62,969 nucleotides of DNA, filler included, from Asterionella formosa (GCA_002256025.1; 26 parts of 26 records of this genome joined end to end with filler, not necessarily neighbours in it), one strand, 5' to 3'. Counted from the first letter of the whole stretch, positions 11,552 through 25,577 are shown. A program made the numbers and translations. Notes: generated from the letters alone by a model not told the origin.

Positions 11552-14500
11552 TTATTTGTCATCGTCATCTTTCTTTTCTGGGCTGTACGCAGGGCTTGCG
11601 GGCGAGTACGCGGGGGATGTTGGGCTATAGGCAGGGGAAGTGGGGGAATACGCTGGTGACGTTGGGCTGTAAGCGGGGGATGTGGGGCTGTATGCAGGGC
11701 TGGTTGGAGAATACGCTGGGGACGTGGGACTGTAAGCCGGGCTTGTTGGACTGTATGCAGGCGATGTTGGAGAATACGCAGGAGAAGTTGGACTGTAGGC
11801 AGGACTTGTCGGAGAGTATGCCGGGGATGTTGGGGAATAAGCAGGGGAGGTCGGACTATAGGCTGGACTCGTTGGGCTGTACGCAGGCGACGTGGGCGAG
11901 TAAGCTGGTGAAGTTGGACTGTATGCTGGACTGGTAGGACTATAGGCAGGGCTAGTCGGGCTATATGCCGGGGACGTAGGCGAGTAGGCAGGTGAGGTCG
12001 GACTATATGCTGGACTTGTGGGGCTATATGCTGGGCTGGTTGGGGAATAACTTGGGCTTGCAGGAGAATACGAACTGGAAAGATAAATGAGAAACATTAG
12101 AGACGCCGAAATAAATCACGACATGTAGCTGACAACACTTACGGGCTTGAGGAACCGCCATTGCTTCCATAACTTCCACTAGCAAATCCAGACCCATAGC
12201 TGCCACTAGCTGGACTATAGGCAGGGGAGAAACTAGATCCACTAACCATTGGACTGAACCCAGCCGACCCATCCACAAACGGGGACATGTCTCCACCTCC
12301 AACCATAGGACTTGATGCAAATGGAGTTGAAGCATAGGGAGTGGATGAAGCACCACCCATTGCGCCACTTCCCGTCATTCCGAGATCGGTTCCATCACCA
12401 AACTCGTTGGAAACCACTTCCACGGCATCGCGCATAACTCTCTTTTCGTCCAATAGTAATTCCATGTCACCAGTACCAACACGAGCAAGCTGCCCGAGCA
12501 TGATATTTTCGGTGACGCCCCTGAGGACTTCTTCCTCGGCAAAGGTAGCGGCATCCATAAGCATGTCCACGGTCTCTTCGAACGAACAGCGCAACAGTGG
12601 ACCAGATTCAACTCGGTTAATACCATGCCGATCAATAGCCATCAAATGACCCTGCATCGTCATGACATCGACAAGGCAAGCCAGGTGACGATAGTTGACA
12701 TAAGAACCATCGAAACTGATAACATTTCGAAGCTCACTAAGAATGGCTCCACGGACTCCCTCGATACCGAGAACAAGGAAAACTTCGACAATGTCATTAC
12801 AGATGGTTCGGGTAGCGTCAACATAGTCGACACCCATGACAGCCATCAAATTGGTTCCATCAGTTTCAAGAACCCACTCGTCCTTGATTCCAAACCCAAT
12901 GTCATCATCCCATGTTGATCGTTTTGCTCCTCCACGCATAAACACCTTCTTAACATGATCAACACCCCGGAGTTTTAAGCTCGACAACATACTCTTTTCC
13001 AATCTCTTCAAAAAGACATCGTCTTCTTGGCCCATGGCAACTTCTTCCTCTTCATTAACGATGAGATTTCCGTCTTCGTCGAGTTGCCCGGAGCTGGAGG
13101 AAACGTCATTGACAATTCGGACACGAACAACCAAGTCGTCTGCATTATCATCCGTCACCAAAACATTGAGATCGTTTCCATACTCGTTGTTGATTTCCCG
13201 AACTATCTCATTCATTTTCATCTTCTTGTCGAAAAAGACTGTTTGGTTCAATTCAATGCGAAGAACCCAAGGACTCAAGCGACGCAGGTCCTCGTCAGAT
13301 GCGTCGCTAAGATCGTAGTAGTCTTTGACAAATTCACGATCCTTTTCAACAATAGTGTTCTTGATATCATGATCATAATAAATTTCAGTTAGTTTGACAA
13401 CATCACCCAAGACAGTAAACTCCAACATAGAATGTACAAGCTTGGCGATGTCAGCATCCCCGCTGACTTCTTCTTGAAGGTAAATAGTGAGGCCAGGGGT
13501 TTTCGGCGTCTTGGCGACATTGATAATTTCCTTCAAGCGAGGCACTCCGAGTGTCACGTTTTTGGCGGACACTCCAGCGTAGTGGAATGTATTCAATGTC
13601 ATTTGAGTAGCGGGTTCTCCGATACTTTGAGCGGCTAGCACACCCGCCATCTCTCCAGGATTCACTTTGGCATGATAGAAACGAGTCTCAATTTCTCCAA
13701 GGACCCAGGTTAGTGCCGCATCGCTCAGGCGCCAATCCTTGAGGACGCGCTTGCTAGCCAGCAAACCTCGGACCAAAATGCAATAGTTGGTAGTAGCATT
13801 TGTCTGGGCTTCAACACTTAGTGGATCGTCACCCACGACAACAATCAATCGATCCAAAAGTGCTTGCACCTTCTGAATGACTGTGCGAGGATGTAAGTCC
13901 GAAGGTTGAGACTTGTCGATACGGAATTGACGATTGGCATTCTGTAGAGTGCGACGAATATTTCCGGGAGCGTACGAAGATTCATCACCCTCACGACCAG
14001 CTTCACGACATGACATGACGATGCGCAGCATTCGCTGGTCCTCACGAAGCGTTTCAATCTCGCGATCCAACAAGAGCTGAACCTCTGGATCGTTACGGCA
14101 GTCATCCAATACATCAGGTTCAAGGAATGGTATGTTCTGTTCATCGTATCCAAAGTCGGCGTCGTTCACGTTCATAACAAATCGCTTTTCAAACTCAGCC
14201 TTGGCCAATGTCAATGTATCAAAGTCTTGACGCTCAATCCAAACAGCATCCATACCGTCCTCGCCATACAAGAACTGGACAATTTGACCTCCTGATGTAC
14301 GCAAGGTACCATCGTAGCGTGCCATGACAGTCTCCATAGCTTTGACTAGACGACGCTGAATGTATCCTGTTTCGGCGGTCTTGCAAGCGGTATCAATCAA
14401 CCCTTCACGACCTCCCATGGCGTGAAAGAAAAACTCTTGTGGGGACAAACCACGCAAATACGAATTTTCAACAAATCCCCGAGATTCTGGGCCTAAATCG

Positions 14501-16878
14501 TCTTTGGAAAAATGAGGCAATGTGCGTCGCTTGAATCCATAAGGGATACGCTTGCCTTCCACGTTTTGCTGTCCGACACAGGCGATAATTTGAGAAATGT
14601 TAATAAATGAACCTTTGGAACCTGCGGTCACCATGGCCTTGACACTGTTCGTCTCATCAAGCGACGCCTGAGCCGACTTTCCAGCATGATCACGAGCAGT
14701 ATTCAACACCTTATTAACGTATTGTTCAAAAGATTCAATCATAGTCCGACCCGGTTGGGCTTCCATCTCTCCACGCTGTCCCTGACGGACCAGATCCAAC
14801 ACTTGCATTTTGGCCTTGTTGATAGTTGCTTCAATCTGACGCATGGTAGCAACATCGGCAACCGCATCCGTCACTCCAATTGAGAAGGACGACTGCAAGA
14901 CCCAATGATTGACCAATTGCTGGACTTGACTCATAAAACGAGCATTATCTTCCCAACCAACGTCAAGCCAAGCCGTGTGAATTAATCCTCCCATGGATTT
15001 ACCAATGGTATTCTTGTCGATTACCCCTTCCAAGAGTTCACCTTCTTGAACAGTGACAACATTATCATAAGCATTGAAGGTGTTAGACATTGTTTTTCCG
15101 GATTGATCCTTGGACGGCCCATTGTTGGCACGGGCTTTTAAGTTAATTTTGGGCATAATGAGAGTCAATAGCTGCTTCCCAGTCCATAGCTCCTTCGGTT
15201 TCAAAATGGCAGGAATTGGAATATTCCCGTCCCACTGAGGAATCCACATAAGCATATTGAAAACCAAGTCTTTGGCAATGAAGACATCTCGCTTGGTCAT
15301 TTTCTGAACAGCAATAAGACTGTCCTGGACAATTCCCATGACAGGGCGGTTGGACTGTCCACTGACCACCACTCGCGGACACAACATCATGAGTTCGGCT
15401 TCGGCTCGAGCCGGTAGCGATTGTGGCACATGCAAGTTCATTTCATCGCCATCAAAGTCTGCATTGTATGGGGATGTACATGATAGATTCAATCGAAAGG
15501 ACGACCAGTCCAAGACTTTGACCAAATGGCCCATGATACTCATCTTATGCAAAGACGGCTGACGGTTGAACAAAATGACATCCCCATCTCTCAGCTGCCG
15601 TTCAACAATCCATCCATGATTGAGCATCAATTCACTTTTGTTTTTGACATAGCGCAAGTCAATTCTGGTTCCATCCGTACGAATAATGTGCTTTGCTCCT
15701 GGATGCTTCGTTGGTCCATTCGCGACTAGTTGTGACAACTCGTTCCGATTGTAAATCGTAACGCGTTCCGGGACAGTTAGATTCATGGCAATAGAACGTG
15801 GCACGCCTACTTGATTGATCCCAAGGTTTGGATCCGCTGTAATGACGGTCCGAGCAGAAAAGTCCACACGCTTGCCCATTAGATTTCCTCGAATTCTTCC
15901 TTCCTTTCCCTTGAGACGGGCTTGAATGGTCTTCAAGGGTCTGCCAGAACGTTGCGTAACTTGTGGCATGCCACGAATTTCGTTGTCCATAAAGGCAGCG
16001 ACGTGATGTTGTAGGGCAATTTCGAATTGTTCTAGAATAATGTTGGGCTCGCCGTTGGTAATGGCAGTGGATAGCGCGATGTTACTCTTAATGACATTGA
16101 CCAATTGGTGCGTGAGGTCATCTTCCGATGTGGCCCCACCTGCTTGTACGGAAGGTCGCACATGTAGCGGTGGCACAGGCAATACCTGTACGAGGAACCA
16201 CTCAGGCCTAGCGTGCGTAACATCCAGGCCCAATGCCTTCATGTCGTCTTCCTTCATTCTCCTAAACAATTCCACCACCCGTTGACCGGACAGGAATTGT
16301 TTAGAGTCTCCGCCGACGTGATCTTCCCCATACTCCGCTTCTAGATGAAGACCGACTTTGGTGAATTTTGGCTGTGATCCTTGGCAATGATCACATTTTT
16401 TCTTGCCTCTCAACAAATTATGAAAAGCATCCAGTCGTCGCTTGCGCGATCGGATGGACTTGCATTTCTGGAACTTGAACTCGTCTTCTTGCATGACGAG
16501 TCTCGAGCAATGAAAGCAGATGCATCTCAACGTCTTGAGCATGGGATTGAAGAATCCCTGGTGATACACACTCTTGGCCAGCTCCAAATGGCCAAAGTAT
16601 CCCGGATCCGACTTGTCGTGCAGATTTCCCAGCCGCGGATCATTCGCACCTCCATAGACTGGCTGCCCATTGACTTGGGTTTCATACCGCGTCACACCCG
16701 CCGGAATAGGCCGGCCGTTGATGTTCATGGCCTGCGTGACGCTGTACTGCCGCAGCTCGTGGGGATTGACAATGCCGAATTGCAACTTCTTGACGCGGCG
16801 AAGGCGGACATGAGAGAAGCCAAAGTTCTCCGATCCCATGCCCAAACTAGCTGCGCCTCCAGCATTTTGGGGAGCCAT
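11552..16878 (-). CDS. RPB1: RNA polymerase II largest subunit; 2 exons (16878-12143, 12074-11552)
   Basis: [16 protein letters not shown], catalytic NADFDGD, bridge helix [11 protein letters not shown], trigger loop TQMTLNTFH. The spliced second exon encodes the heptad CTD. Confidence 0.99.
11585..12070 (-). repeat. CTD heptad array: YSPASPS + 21x YSPTSPA + YSPASPA
   Basis: Translation of ORF 11552-12097; 21-bp period with heavy synonymous variation. Confidence 0.97.
12075..12142 (-). other. 68-nt spliceosomal intron in RPB1 just before the CTD
   Basis: GTAAGT donor and pyrimidine-rich TTTCCAG acceptor. Splicing joins CC+T (Pro) and keeps the frame [12 protein letters not shown]. Confidence 0.95.
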
Positions 16879-17599
16879 GTTGATTTTCTATGTAGATTGG
16901 TTGTTGATTGTTTGGCTGGGTGCTTTCAGGTAGAGTGTAGAGAATGGAGCAGATGAAGATCAGATCAGATCTGATCGGATGTTGAAATCACAGTCAGGCA
17001 GCAACGATTGAAGCTGCGATGCTTTGTCTTGTGTCAGAGACACTCAATTATGCGCGTTATCCTTTCTTGAGTGCGTAACGTTATTGATATGTATGCTTAG
17101 ACAAGGGTTGAGTGGTGGAAAAAGACGAGCTACACCAATAGCAGCAGCAGCAGCTCCTTAGAATCGAAGATTATGATATTTACGATAAATATCACTATAT
17201 TTGTATGTCCTGCGGGTCAGCAGTGCAAATAAATCATGATTCAAGGAGAGCACAGGAGCTACCAGAACATAAGTAGGGGGGAAGCACACAGCAGCAGCAT
17301 AGTACCAGGGTACCTGGTACATGGTACAAGCGTGGGTTGTCATCAGCCGCACATCATTCAAGGAGTCCTATGTTTTATGTATTCTTACCGGCATATCAGA
17401 ATGGAAGTCCATCCAGGTACAGGTAATACGTAGGTACTTATACCATTAGATAAGCAACAGACGAGGAAGAAATTTAGCTTATTCTTTTCTTTAGTGCAAA
17501 ACGTGTTTTACAGGACCTTCCAAGGCAAAGTTGTTGATTAATAAATTTTACATGCATCTATATGGCATGTACAGACACAGCATTACCTTGGGCCTTTAA

Positions 17600-19138
17600 G
17601 TTCCTGCATTTGAACCCCTAGGCAAAAATTAAAATATTGCTTAGGGTTGCCGAAATTCTCTGGAACTGAGAATATTTATGAGTTAATTTTAAATGACGTG
17701 ATTCCATTTGAAATATTTAAATCACTGGAAATTTGTGCATACATACATAAATACATAGATTCCTTTTCGAATTCAATAAATATATACATAAACATTCTCC
17801 ATCACTCAATGTTTATATTCCCTATCATACAATCAACATGGCTGTATGTATCAGACGAGCTGGCAGCATGGCAAATATTGTGATGACTACCGGTAAGAAA
17901 TGAAAAAGCAACAATCAGGCATGAGCGAAATTACACATTACAATGATGAAAATGGTCATGACGAATTAAATATAGTCATGATAGGAGTTGTCCTACCTGT
18001 CAAGACTGGTTTTGATTGTAGAGTCATATATGGAGGGATGTGAGGATCGCATCTTCTGCAAATGCTGCGTTTTTTTCTGGAGGCCTTCAATATCGAGTGG
18101 CTTCGGTTGCTGGGCAACACACACAAGGAGCAACACAATGCACAAGGAATATATACAAGCAATGTGAAATGCAGATGTCAGCACTGCAAGAATCCTTCTG
18201 GAGACAAAAGAAAAGCGAAAAAGTGACGATGGAGCCTATAAAGCACAATTCAAACAAAAGAGGAAACGAAGCGAAAAAAAGCATGCAGCCAGATTTGAAA
18301 CAGTCAAACAGGAAAGTCAAGACAGCAAATCAGGTAAGACTTACGGTTCTGGTGTTGCGCTCAGCCAGAAGGGAACATCAGGAAACAAGAAGGAAAGGAA
18401 CAAATGTCTGCCATCATTGTGGCCACAATGATCATCAAAGGAAAAGCAGTGCACTCTGGTGTCCATTCAATGTACCGGTAGGCAAAGTGCCTGATCATAC
18501 TGATATGCATATGATCAATGATTATCAGATAGTAGTACCTACTGTGGATATTGTACCGGCCAACACCCAAGAAAATGTTATATCATATGCATGCAGTGTG
18601 GCCAGCTTGAGTTTGCAAGACCGCGCAAACCAGGCCAATCAATAGTTGGTAAGTAATTGAACTTGACCAATCAAAATATTTAGAGTGAAGCATGCACTAC
18701 AATGGAATTTTTTGTACAGGCGATTGTAGGAGGACGAAAAATTGAATCACAAGACTCCTATTCCGATGATGACATTTCGGCAATTAGTGATTCTGATTCC
18801 GACATTTTGGTGACCGTTGAAAAGGTCGATATTGTCGAATTTTCGAGCGATGATAGCTCAACGTTGGCAGGGTTTGATGAAGAGTTAGGTAAATAGGTAA
18901 TCTTCATATAGCCCCAGAAGTTAACTTTCGGCGAGAAACTGCAGAAAGGAACNNNNNNNNNNNNNNNNNNNNNNNNNNNNNNNNNNNNNNNNNNNNNNNN
19001 NNNNNNNNNNNNNNNNNNNNNNNNNNNNNNNNNNNNNNNNNNNNNNNNNNNNNNNNNNNNNNNNNNNNNNNNNNNNNNNNNNNNNNNNNNNNCTAGGCCA
19101 AATAAACAAGTTGGCCCAGTAAAATCCATTGTTTTCAG
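17600..19138 (+). mobile_element. Degenerate Kolobok-like (TTAA-inserting) DNA transposon carrying a transposase C-terminal remnant
   Basis: Starts after TTAA with (G)GTTCCTGCATTTGAACCCCTAGG, the same end as the copies at 53447 and 54621. 18555-19138 is homologous to 52515-52960 (reverse). The internal ORF has FSGGLQYRVASVAGQHTQG and CHHCGHNDHQRKSSALWCPFN. Confidence 0.7.
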
Positions 19139-20099
19139 AAATAACTCCACATGACCCTCCGCATCATACTAAGTCGCTCCACATTGGGGGTTCAGCCAAT
19201 AATAATAGGAGACGCACATTTTTTGCTTCATCTACCTCTGCCGGTTCTTCTCCAAGAAAGACCATACAAAAGAATAAGCAAAAGCATTTTTCCTTCCACT
19301 AAACTGCTGGCAAAGGAGGGAAAAGTTATAATTCACTGTCTTTCAGTACCGAAATCAATCCAACCAAGACGACAAGAACAAAAGATCACATAGTAGGAGT
19401 GACATTACACATGGTCAGTAGGGATGCTTATGGAAAATAGCACAGTATCTGACAAAACAAGGAAAATTTCAAAGCAATTGCCTTTTCTTCTCCCAAAAAG
19501 TTGTGGGAGAAAGCATTCTGGTTAAGAAATTCTTTTTTATATGCTTTTTTTGTTTGTGATTGAGTATCCGGACAACAAGTATCACCATGCATGGATGTTG
19601 GGTTGATCCTTGACGAAAATGTTACCAGGGGGTATCATGCGAACTATGCCATCTCCGTAGTGTAGATTTTAAGAAGCCTAAAAATGATGCATACATTTTG
19701 CGCTGATTTTATGCACAGCTGTCTCAATTGAATATCATTATAATTGTTATATTATCCAGCAGCAGCTTAAGTGTTCTTGACTTCCACTCATTAGTACGTT
19801 CAAACTGGAGCTACATTCATATGGCATTGATATCAATTTAAATAACTATTGGCCATGCCATGAGGAAATTGTTTTTGCTCCTATTGCCTTGTCATTTGTT
19901 CTGTGATCATAATACGAGATGATAATTTTGTGATTTTATGAATAAAATGAGAAATACAAACTATATTTAAATGAGATATTCCTATTATTTAAATAACAAA
20001 TATACTATATTGCATGCATGATGCATGAATGGATTATGGATGATGTGGCAGCATATATATAGAACATGTAAATGAAGAAAAAGCCACAAGAGGGAAGAT

Positions 20100-20873
20100 T
20101 CACCCTTCGATCATTATGTTGAGCAATTGATTGCCAGCATTATTGATTCCAATATGATTTGAATGATTCTGCATTGCAGAAATGATCACATCGATGATTT
20201 CACCTGTATCAACAATTTTCACTTGATGGCTTATGTCATTATTATTTGTGTTGATGAGTAAGAACCTCAGAATTACTAGACAACCTTGCTCTTGAACACC
20301 TGCATGGTCCCAGTGCTTCTGCATCGAAGTAAGGATCAAGTTCATGACATCTGCATTTACGATTTTCATATGGTTGTCAGTATTGGCAACTAAATTCTTC
20401 AGAGCCCAACAACCCTTCTCTTGAACACTAGGTTGATCAGGATGATTCTTCATGGCAGCACTAATCATATGTATACCACCTTCTGCGGCTATTTTGGCTT
20501 GGTTTTCTGAATTGACAGACAATGAAATCAGCGCCCCGCATCCTTTCATTTGAACACCAGCGTGAGTTGAGTGCTTCCACATGGCTGAAAGTATCACAGC
20601 TATGCCACCAGCCATGGCAATTTTTACTTTGTTCTCTTTGTTTGTAGCCAAATTACCTAATGCATGACAGCCATACTCTTGAATCCTAATATTTTGAGGG
20701 TGATTCTGCATTGCAGAGCAAATCGTGTCTATACCACCGACTGAGGCAATGATCACTTGGTTGTCCTTGTTGGTGGCGAAAGAGATCATCGCCCTACAAG
20801 AATGCTCTTGAATCTCTGGTCGATCGGAGCGCTCTCGCATCTCAGCAAGAACCGCGCTTATTTCTCTTGTGGC
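20100..20873 (-). CDS. Armadillo-repeat protein, 5' end cut by scaffold edge
   Basis: About six ~44-aa repeats of the type H..VQE.GC.AL.NLA...EN...I...GGI..I..AM. Confidence 0.85.
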   Translation of the reverse strand, partial: ATREISAVLAEMRERSDRPEIQEHSCRAMISFATNKDNQVIIASVGGIDTICSAMQNHPQNIRIQEYGCHALGNLATNKENKVKIAMAGGIAVILSAMWKHSTHAGVQMKGCGALISLSVNSENQAKIAAEGGIHMISAAMKNHPDQPSVQEKGCWALKNLVANTDNHMKIVNADVMNLILTSMQKHWDHAGVQEQGCLVILRFLLINTNNNDISHQVKIVDTGEIIDVIISAMQNHSNHIGINNAGNQLLNIMIEG

Positions 20874-21003
20874 NNNNNNNNNNNNNNNNNNNNNNNNNNN
20901 NNNNNNNNNNNNNNNNNTTAATTAATTAANNNNNNNNNNNNNNNNNNNNNNNNNNNNNNNNNNNNNNNNNNNNACATAGGCGAGAAGTGTGACATTGCGT
21001 TGT

Positions 21004-21944
21004 TTATTCTTGAAGCGTATCACAACCCGTATTAATAGTATGAATGTGTTGTGGTTGAGGCCATGGAATAGCATCATCTTCATTCGCAATGATGGGTGCC
21101 GAATGTCGCTTCTTCAAACGCACATATTCTGGGGCATTGTCCACTGCCACCAACTTGGCAACGGACGCTGCTGCCTTGTCTGCTTGGACCATCATGTCTT
21201 CATACTTCTTGGAGGGTCGTTTTTGAAACGTGACGGTTCGAATAATCTTGCGTCGTGCCGACTCCAAAGCAGTATCAAACTTTTCAAATCCCAAAGTTTC
21301 AATTGTACGACGACGTTGGGTTTTGGTCTTCATATTTTCCCGAATAGCACGAGCACACTGATGAGGAGGAGTGTTCCATTCCTTCACCAACATGTCTTGG
21401 CGTTTGGCACGGGGGATGAGCATTTCGAATTGAGAACGGCGAGGAGGTCGAAAGGATTCGAATTTGTCCAATGAAACCGTCGTGCATTCTTGGTACTTCC
21501 AACCGAGACTAAATACCGGTAGTTAGTTCAGTGTAGCAGTGTGAGTGAGTAAGTGAGTGTGTGCAGCAAACCAACTAACTTTACCATCCAACTCTAAGAA
21601 TTAAAAGCAACGTACCTAATGGGAGGACCCGTGGAACAGGACGGATTGTCGCCCAGGGATCGCTCGTACTCGCGGATTCTGATTGCATCAAAGATGACGT
21701 TGCGGGAGTCGGTTTCTTTCAGAGTGGGAAGCACCTCCACCGAGGAATTCACTCTACCACCTCTCGATCGACTTATATCAAAGTTGTGGAGTGATTCATC
21801 GAGGCTAGCCACACGCATAATGGAGCGAAGCTTCATAACAGTGGGACAGGAGTTGCTGCGTTTGAGTGCAACGTAGTTGGCTCGATGATGCTGCTGTCCT
21901 TCGTGCAAAGAAGCAGAGCGGATCTTGACACGATTTTCGGGCAT
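21004..21944 (-). CDS. Diatom-type hypothetical protein of the IREY..GDNPS..GPP.SLGW family; 2 exons (21944-21616, 21508-21004)
   Basis: Removing the GT-AG intron 21509-21615 yields IRIREYERSLGDNPSCSTGPPISLGWKY...RQDMLVKEW. Confidence 0.85.
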
Positions 21945-23793
21945 TTCTGTTCGGGTGCTGTGGAAAGGGACAGTGGCTCCTGAAGCGAGGAAGCAATGGA
22001 GGGACGATTAGGAATACAAACCAGCGAATGTTGAAATTATGGGACTTTGNNNNNNNNNNNNNNNNNNNNNNNNNNNNNNNNNNNNNNNNNNNNTTAATTA
22101 ATTAANNNNNNNNNNNNNNNNNNNNNNNNNNNNNNNNNNNNNNNNNNNNACCTGGTACCGAAGGTCAGCAACAAGTCCTCTCCTCCTGAGGACGCACTGA
22201 AGCAATGATGGCAGTGATGGTGCTGAGCATTGTACCATGGCTGAGCAAGTTGGTTTGTTTCCGCTCACCCCCTTCAAAGGCCAACAACATACTACAGCAG
22301 CCAGGAGGAGGGAATATACCAGTACTCCTGTGGGCGAGACATGATATTTGTCATGTGCTGAGCAATAAATCTGCTTTGCTTACTTATGTTTAAATACCGG
22401 TACCAATAGTTGACATGATTCCAAATGCTCCCTCTGTTCAACTACACATAGTTGCAACCAAACTTTAGGTCATTGCCTCTCATGAAGCACAAGCTCCAAT
22501 AATTCTCCAGCTAATACTTACGAAAAATTACTCTGATGGTGAGTGTAATAGAAGTTCTATGCATATTCCATGCATGTATATTGTATGTATTACAATCACA
22601 GTAATAAAGAATGTATTCAGCTGCACAGGAGCCATTTAGTACCCAATTTGGATTCCAAATTGGTACTTCGAGGGATTTTCGGTGTTTCTCTTAGCTATGT
22701 CCAAAATACAAATTGGTGTCACATCCAAATTGGATAGGGACTTGATTTGGTAACAATATATGTGTGGCTAAACCTAATGTAGATATTTCAATTCAGGTTT
22801 CTAAATTGGGTACTTCTCAGCACTTGTGTACTAAGCTCTTACTGTTAAAAGGGCAAGCGCCCCTTCCCATGGGTGGGCGGCACGTATTGTCTCAATATGT
22901 ATTTGCATCAAGCAAATGCATAAAATGTGCCCTTTCATGAAGAAAAAGCTCCAATAATCTTCCGGCTAACTGTCACTTCATTTAAAATTTACTCCTAATC
23001 AAATCTTGCATAAATTACATGGTCGAAATGTTCCTTAAGAGCTCCAATTTCAAATTCCAACTTACCCTGTCCCTGTGACTGCAATAGGCACAAGAAGTAG
23101 AAGTTGACAAAAGAACAATGTCTCAAACTTTGTCGATTGGTTGCTTTGCAATCTAAAAAGGGAGGCTGATGGGACTGACAAAATGAGCAGCCAGCTTGTC
23201 ATGAATCTTGTCGTATTGCTTTATTNNNNNNNNNNNNNNNNNNNNNNNNNNNNNNNNNNNNNNNNNNNNTTAATTAATTAANNNNNNNNNNNNNNNNNNN
23301 NNNNNNNNNNNNNNNNNNNNNNNNNTTGGACTCTAGAAGACGATCAGACCTAGAGGCCAAATCAATAAATGATTGACTAGACAATTACAGATATGTCCGC
23401 AACATCAAGGAACATTAAAGAAGCAAACTAGATATGATCTAGTTATGATTAACAGGATCATTCTGTAAGCAGTCTTCGATCAAACAGCATCTGGCCTAAG
23501 TTGAGACAGGCCAAGATTAAGACAAATGTGTATTTAGGAAGAGGATGTAGTTTATTCTCAGTTCAAGTTGGGAACACAAATGAACCTCGCCTCCGAAGAT
23601 CACCTCTATTTTGAAACATGCATGAGCTTGGAAGTTTCAAAATTATACATTCAAATTTACATTTACATTAAGCTCACTCTTTTATAAAAACAATCATTAG
23701 CAAACAAAGTAAAACAAACAAATTGTGTAGAAACATTTTTCTAGCAAATTTTACTGCGTGAGAGCTACAGATACGTAGCATCTACCAACTTAA

Positions 23794-24401
23794 GAGCATC
23801 GCCACCGCATCGACCAAATACCAAAGCCAATTGCAGTTGAAAATATCAATACACGTCACTTGGTTGAGAATTTTTTTATCAATAGTCGAATTTTTCATAT
23901 TTTTTCCCACCGCATCGACCAAATCCTAGAATAGTCAAATCTCGCGCCGAAACTTTTAGCGAATAGAAATAGCACTAGAATTTTATTACATGTGTATCGT
24001 TATTTTAATAAACCCGATTACTACCAATAAGGAAACGATGGGACGCACTGCGTGGTTTGTGGTAGCATACCAGGGTACTCATCCATATGTATCTGCCTGA
24101 TGAAATCAGCAAAGATAGCGACTCATCAGATGACGACCGCTCCTACACTTCCGTACATACCAGTGAAACATATACAGGAAGAAAACGAGAAAGGCAACCG
24201 AAGGAGGATCAAAGGAAGTGGCTTAGCTACCGGTAGTCTGTACCTGTAGTTTTTTGAATAATTGTAGCACCACGTTTCCTGCAAATTCCTTATTCTTACG
24301 CAGCTAGTACTACGCCTATCTAAACTGCCCATCAAAAACTAATATGACTATGCATTTGTATATTGGTATTCTAGAATAGAAAAACCTTCCGTTTTTCCAA
24401 T
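23794..24401 (+). mobile_element. PIF/Harbinger-like element, one end (family A)
   Basis: TAA then GAGCATCGCCACCGCATCGACCAAATACC, with subterminal repeat CCACCGCATCGACCAAAT at ~23907. The same end appears inverted at 28560-28603. Confidence 0.7.
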
Positions 24402-24501
24402 NNNNNNNNNNNNNNNNNNNNNNNNNNNNNNNNNNNNNNNNNNNNTTAATTAATTAANNNNNNNNNNNNNNNNNNNNNNNNNNNNNNNNNNNNNNNNNNN
24501 N

Positions 24502-25577
24502 CCCTGAGTAAGTAAGAGCTACGCCGGATGTTGCTGAGCATGTCGGCGTTCTTGAACACGGAGATTGTCGACTGCGAGTCGAGAAGGATCCACTTAGGAT
24601 CAATCCCAGGGTCGCCGGTCTGTGCAAGCATGTATGCATACTGCGTCAATGTAGTGCCCGAGGTCGTCGATCCCTGCCTGTCAGGGCAGTCTCCCGCATA
24701 GTGTCCTTGGCTTTGGCAGTTGTAACAGATGATGCCATCATGTAACACTCCATTACTGCCTGCGATTTCGCCACGTTGTGTAAACGTCATTGCACTGGCC
24801 TCAGGGCTTCCAGTCGGCTGGGGGCGTGGTGTATCTGTCCTGATGCTGGTGTTCGTTGGAGTTCTGTAGTTGACGAGAAGGCTTTGGGCTGACAACAAAT
24901 TGGTGGGGTACTGGTCAATTCCCATTGCATACTGGTTTGACAGGTCAGTGATGAGGGTGCCATACCTGGTGGGGTCAGCACTTCGAATCAGAGCGATTGC
25001 AAGGGTGCGTTCATGTGCGATCTCCTTTCGCTCTTCAGTGCTACGCCCATTCCCGTCCTGATCCTGGAAGGGTACCAGTTTGTAATTTGCTGCCACAGTG
25101 CCGCCATGGTACTCGATGGTCTCAGCCCATCCTCGCAAACACTCGACGTAGTCTTCTGCGGACTGTCCTTGTAACTGACGACAATTGAGGAAACTGGTCT
25201 GGGCGTCCAAAAGTGCAATGAAACCATTCCTGCTCTGATCGAACTGTAAAGTAATCGACTTGATCTGTTTTAGAAGCCAAAAACAATCATTGTTGGCAGT
25301 CTTGTCCTTGTAGTCATCGTGTGTTTTGACCTTTGCCTTCATGTCATCACTACACTGGCCCCAAATCACCGCATACACTGTTGCTAGGTTGCTCTTTAGG
25401 GTATGATTGCGCTTGACATACGTTTTTACTTCTTCTGCGAAAATCATTTTCATGGTCATTCCTGCATCGTCATCTAGGTCATCTGGCATGTCTACCATGG
25501 GAACCGCCATGGTGTCGGCAAACAAAGGGGCAAGGTCTTCAGAGTACTTCAGTGTTTTCCTCACATATCCGTCTAGA
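24502..25577 (-). mobile_element. Copia/CoDi-like LTR retrotransposon gag-protease fragment
   Basis: Open frame across the contig with IWGQCS, CCHC knuckle CYNCQSQGHYAGDC and protease motif WILLDSQST. Confidence 0.9.

Noticed and set aside
12341..16956. Numerous antisense and alternate-frame ORFs over RPB1 (likewise over the kinesin, kinase and Man1-like genes)
   Set aside because: Shadow ORFs of long coding sequences with no recognisable motifs.
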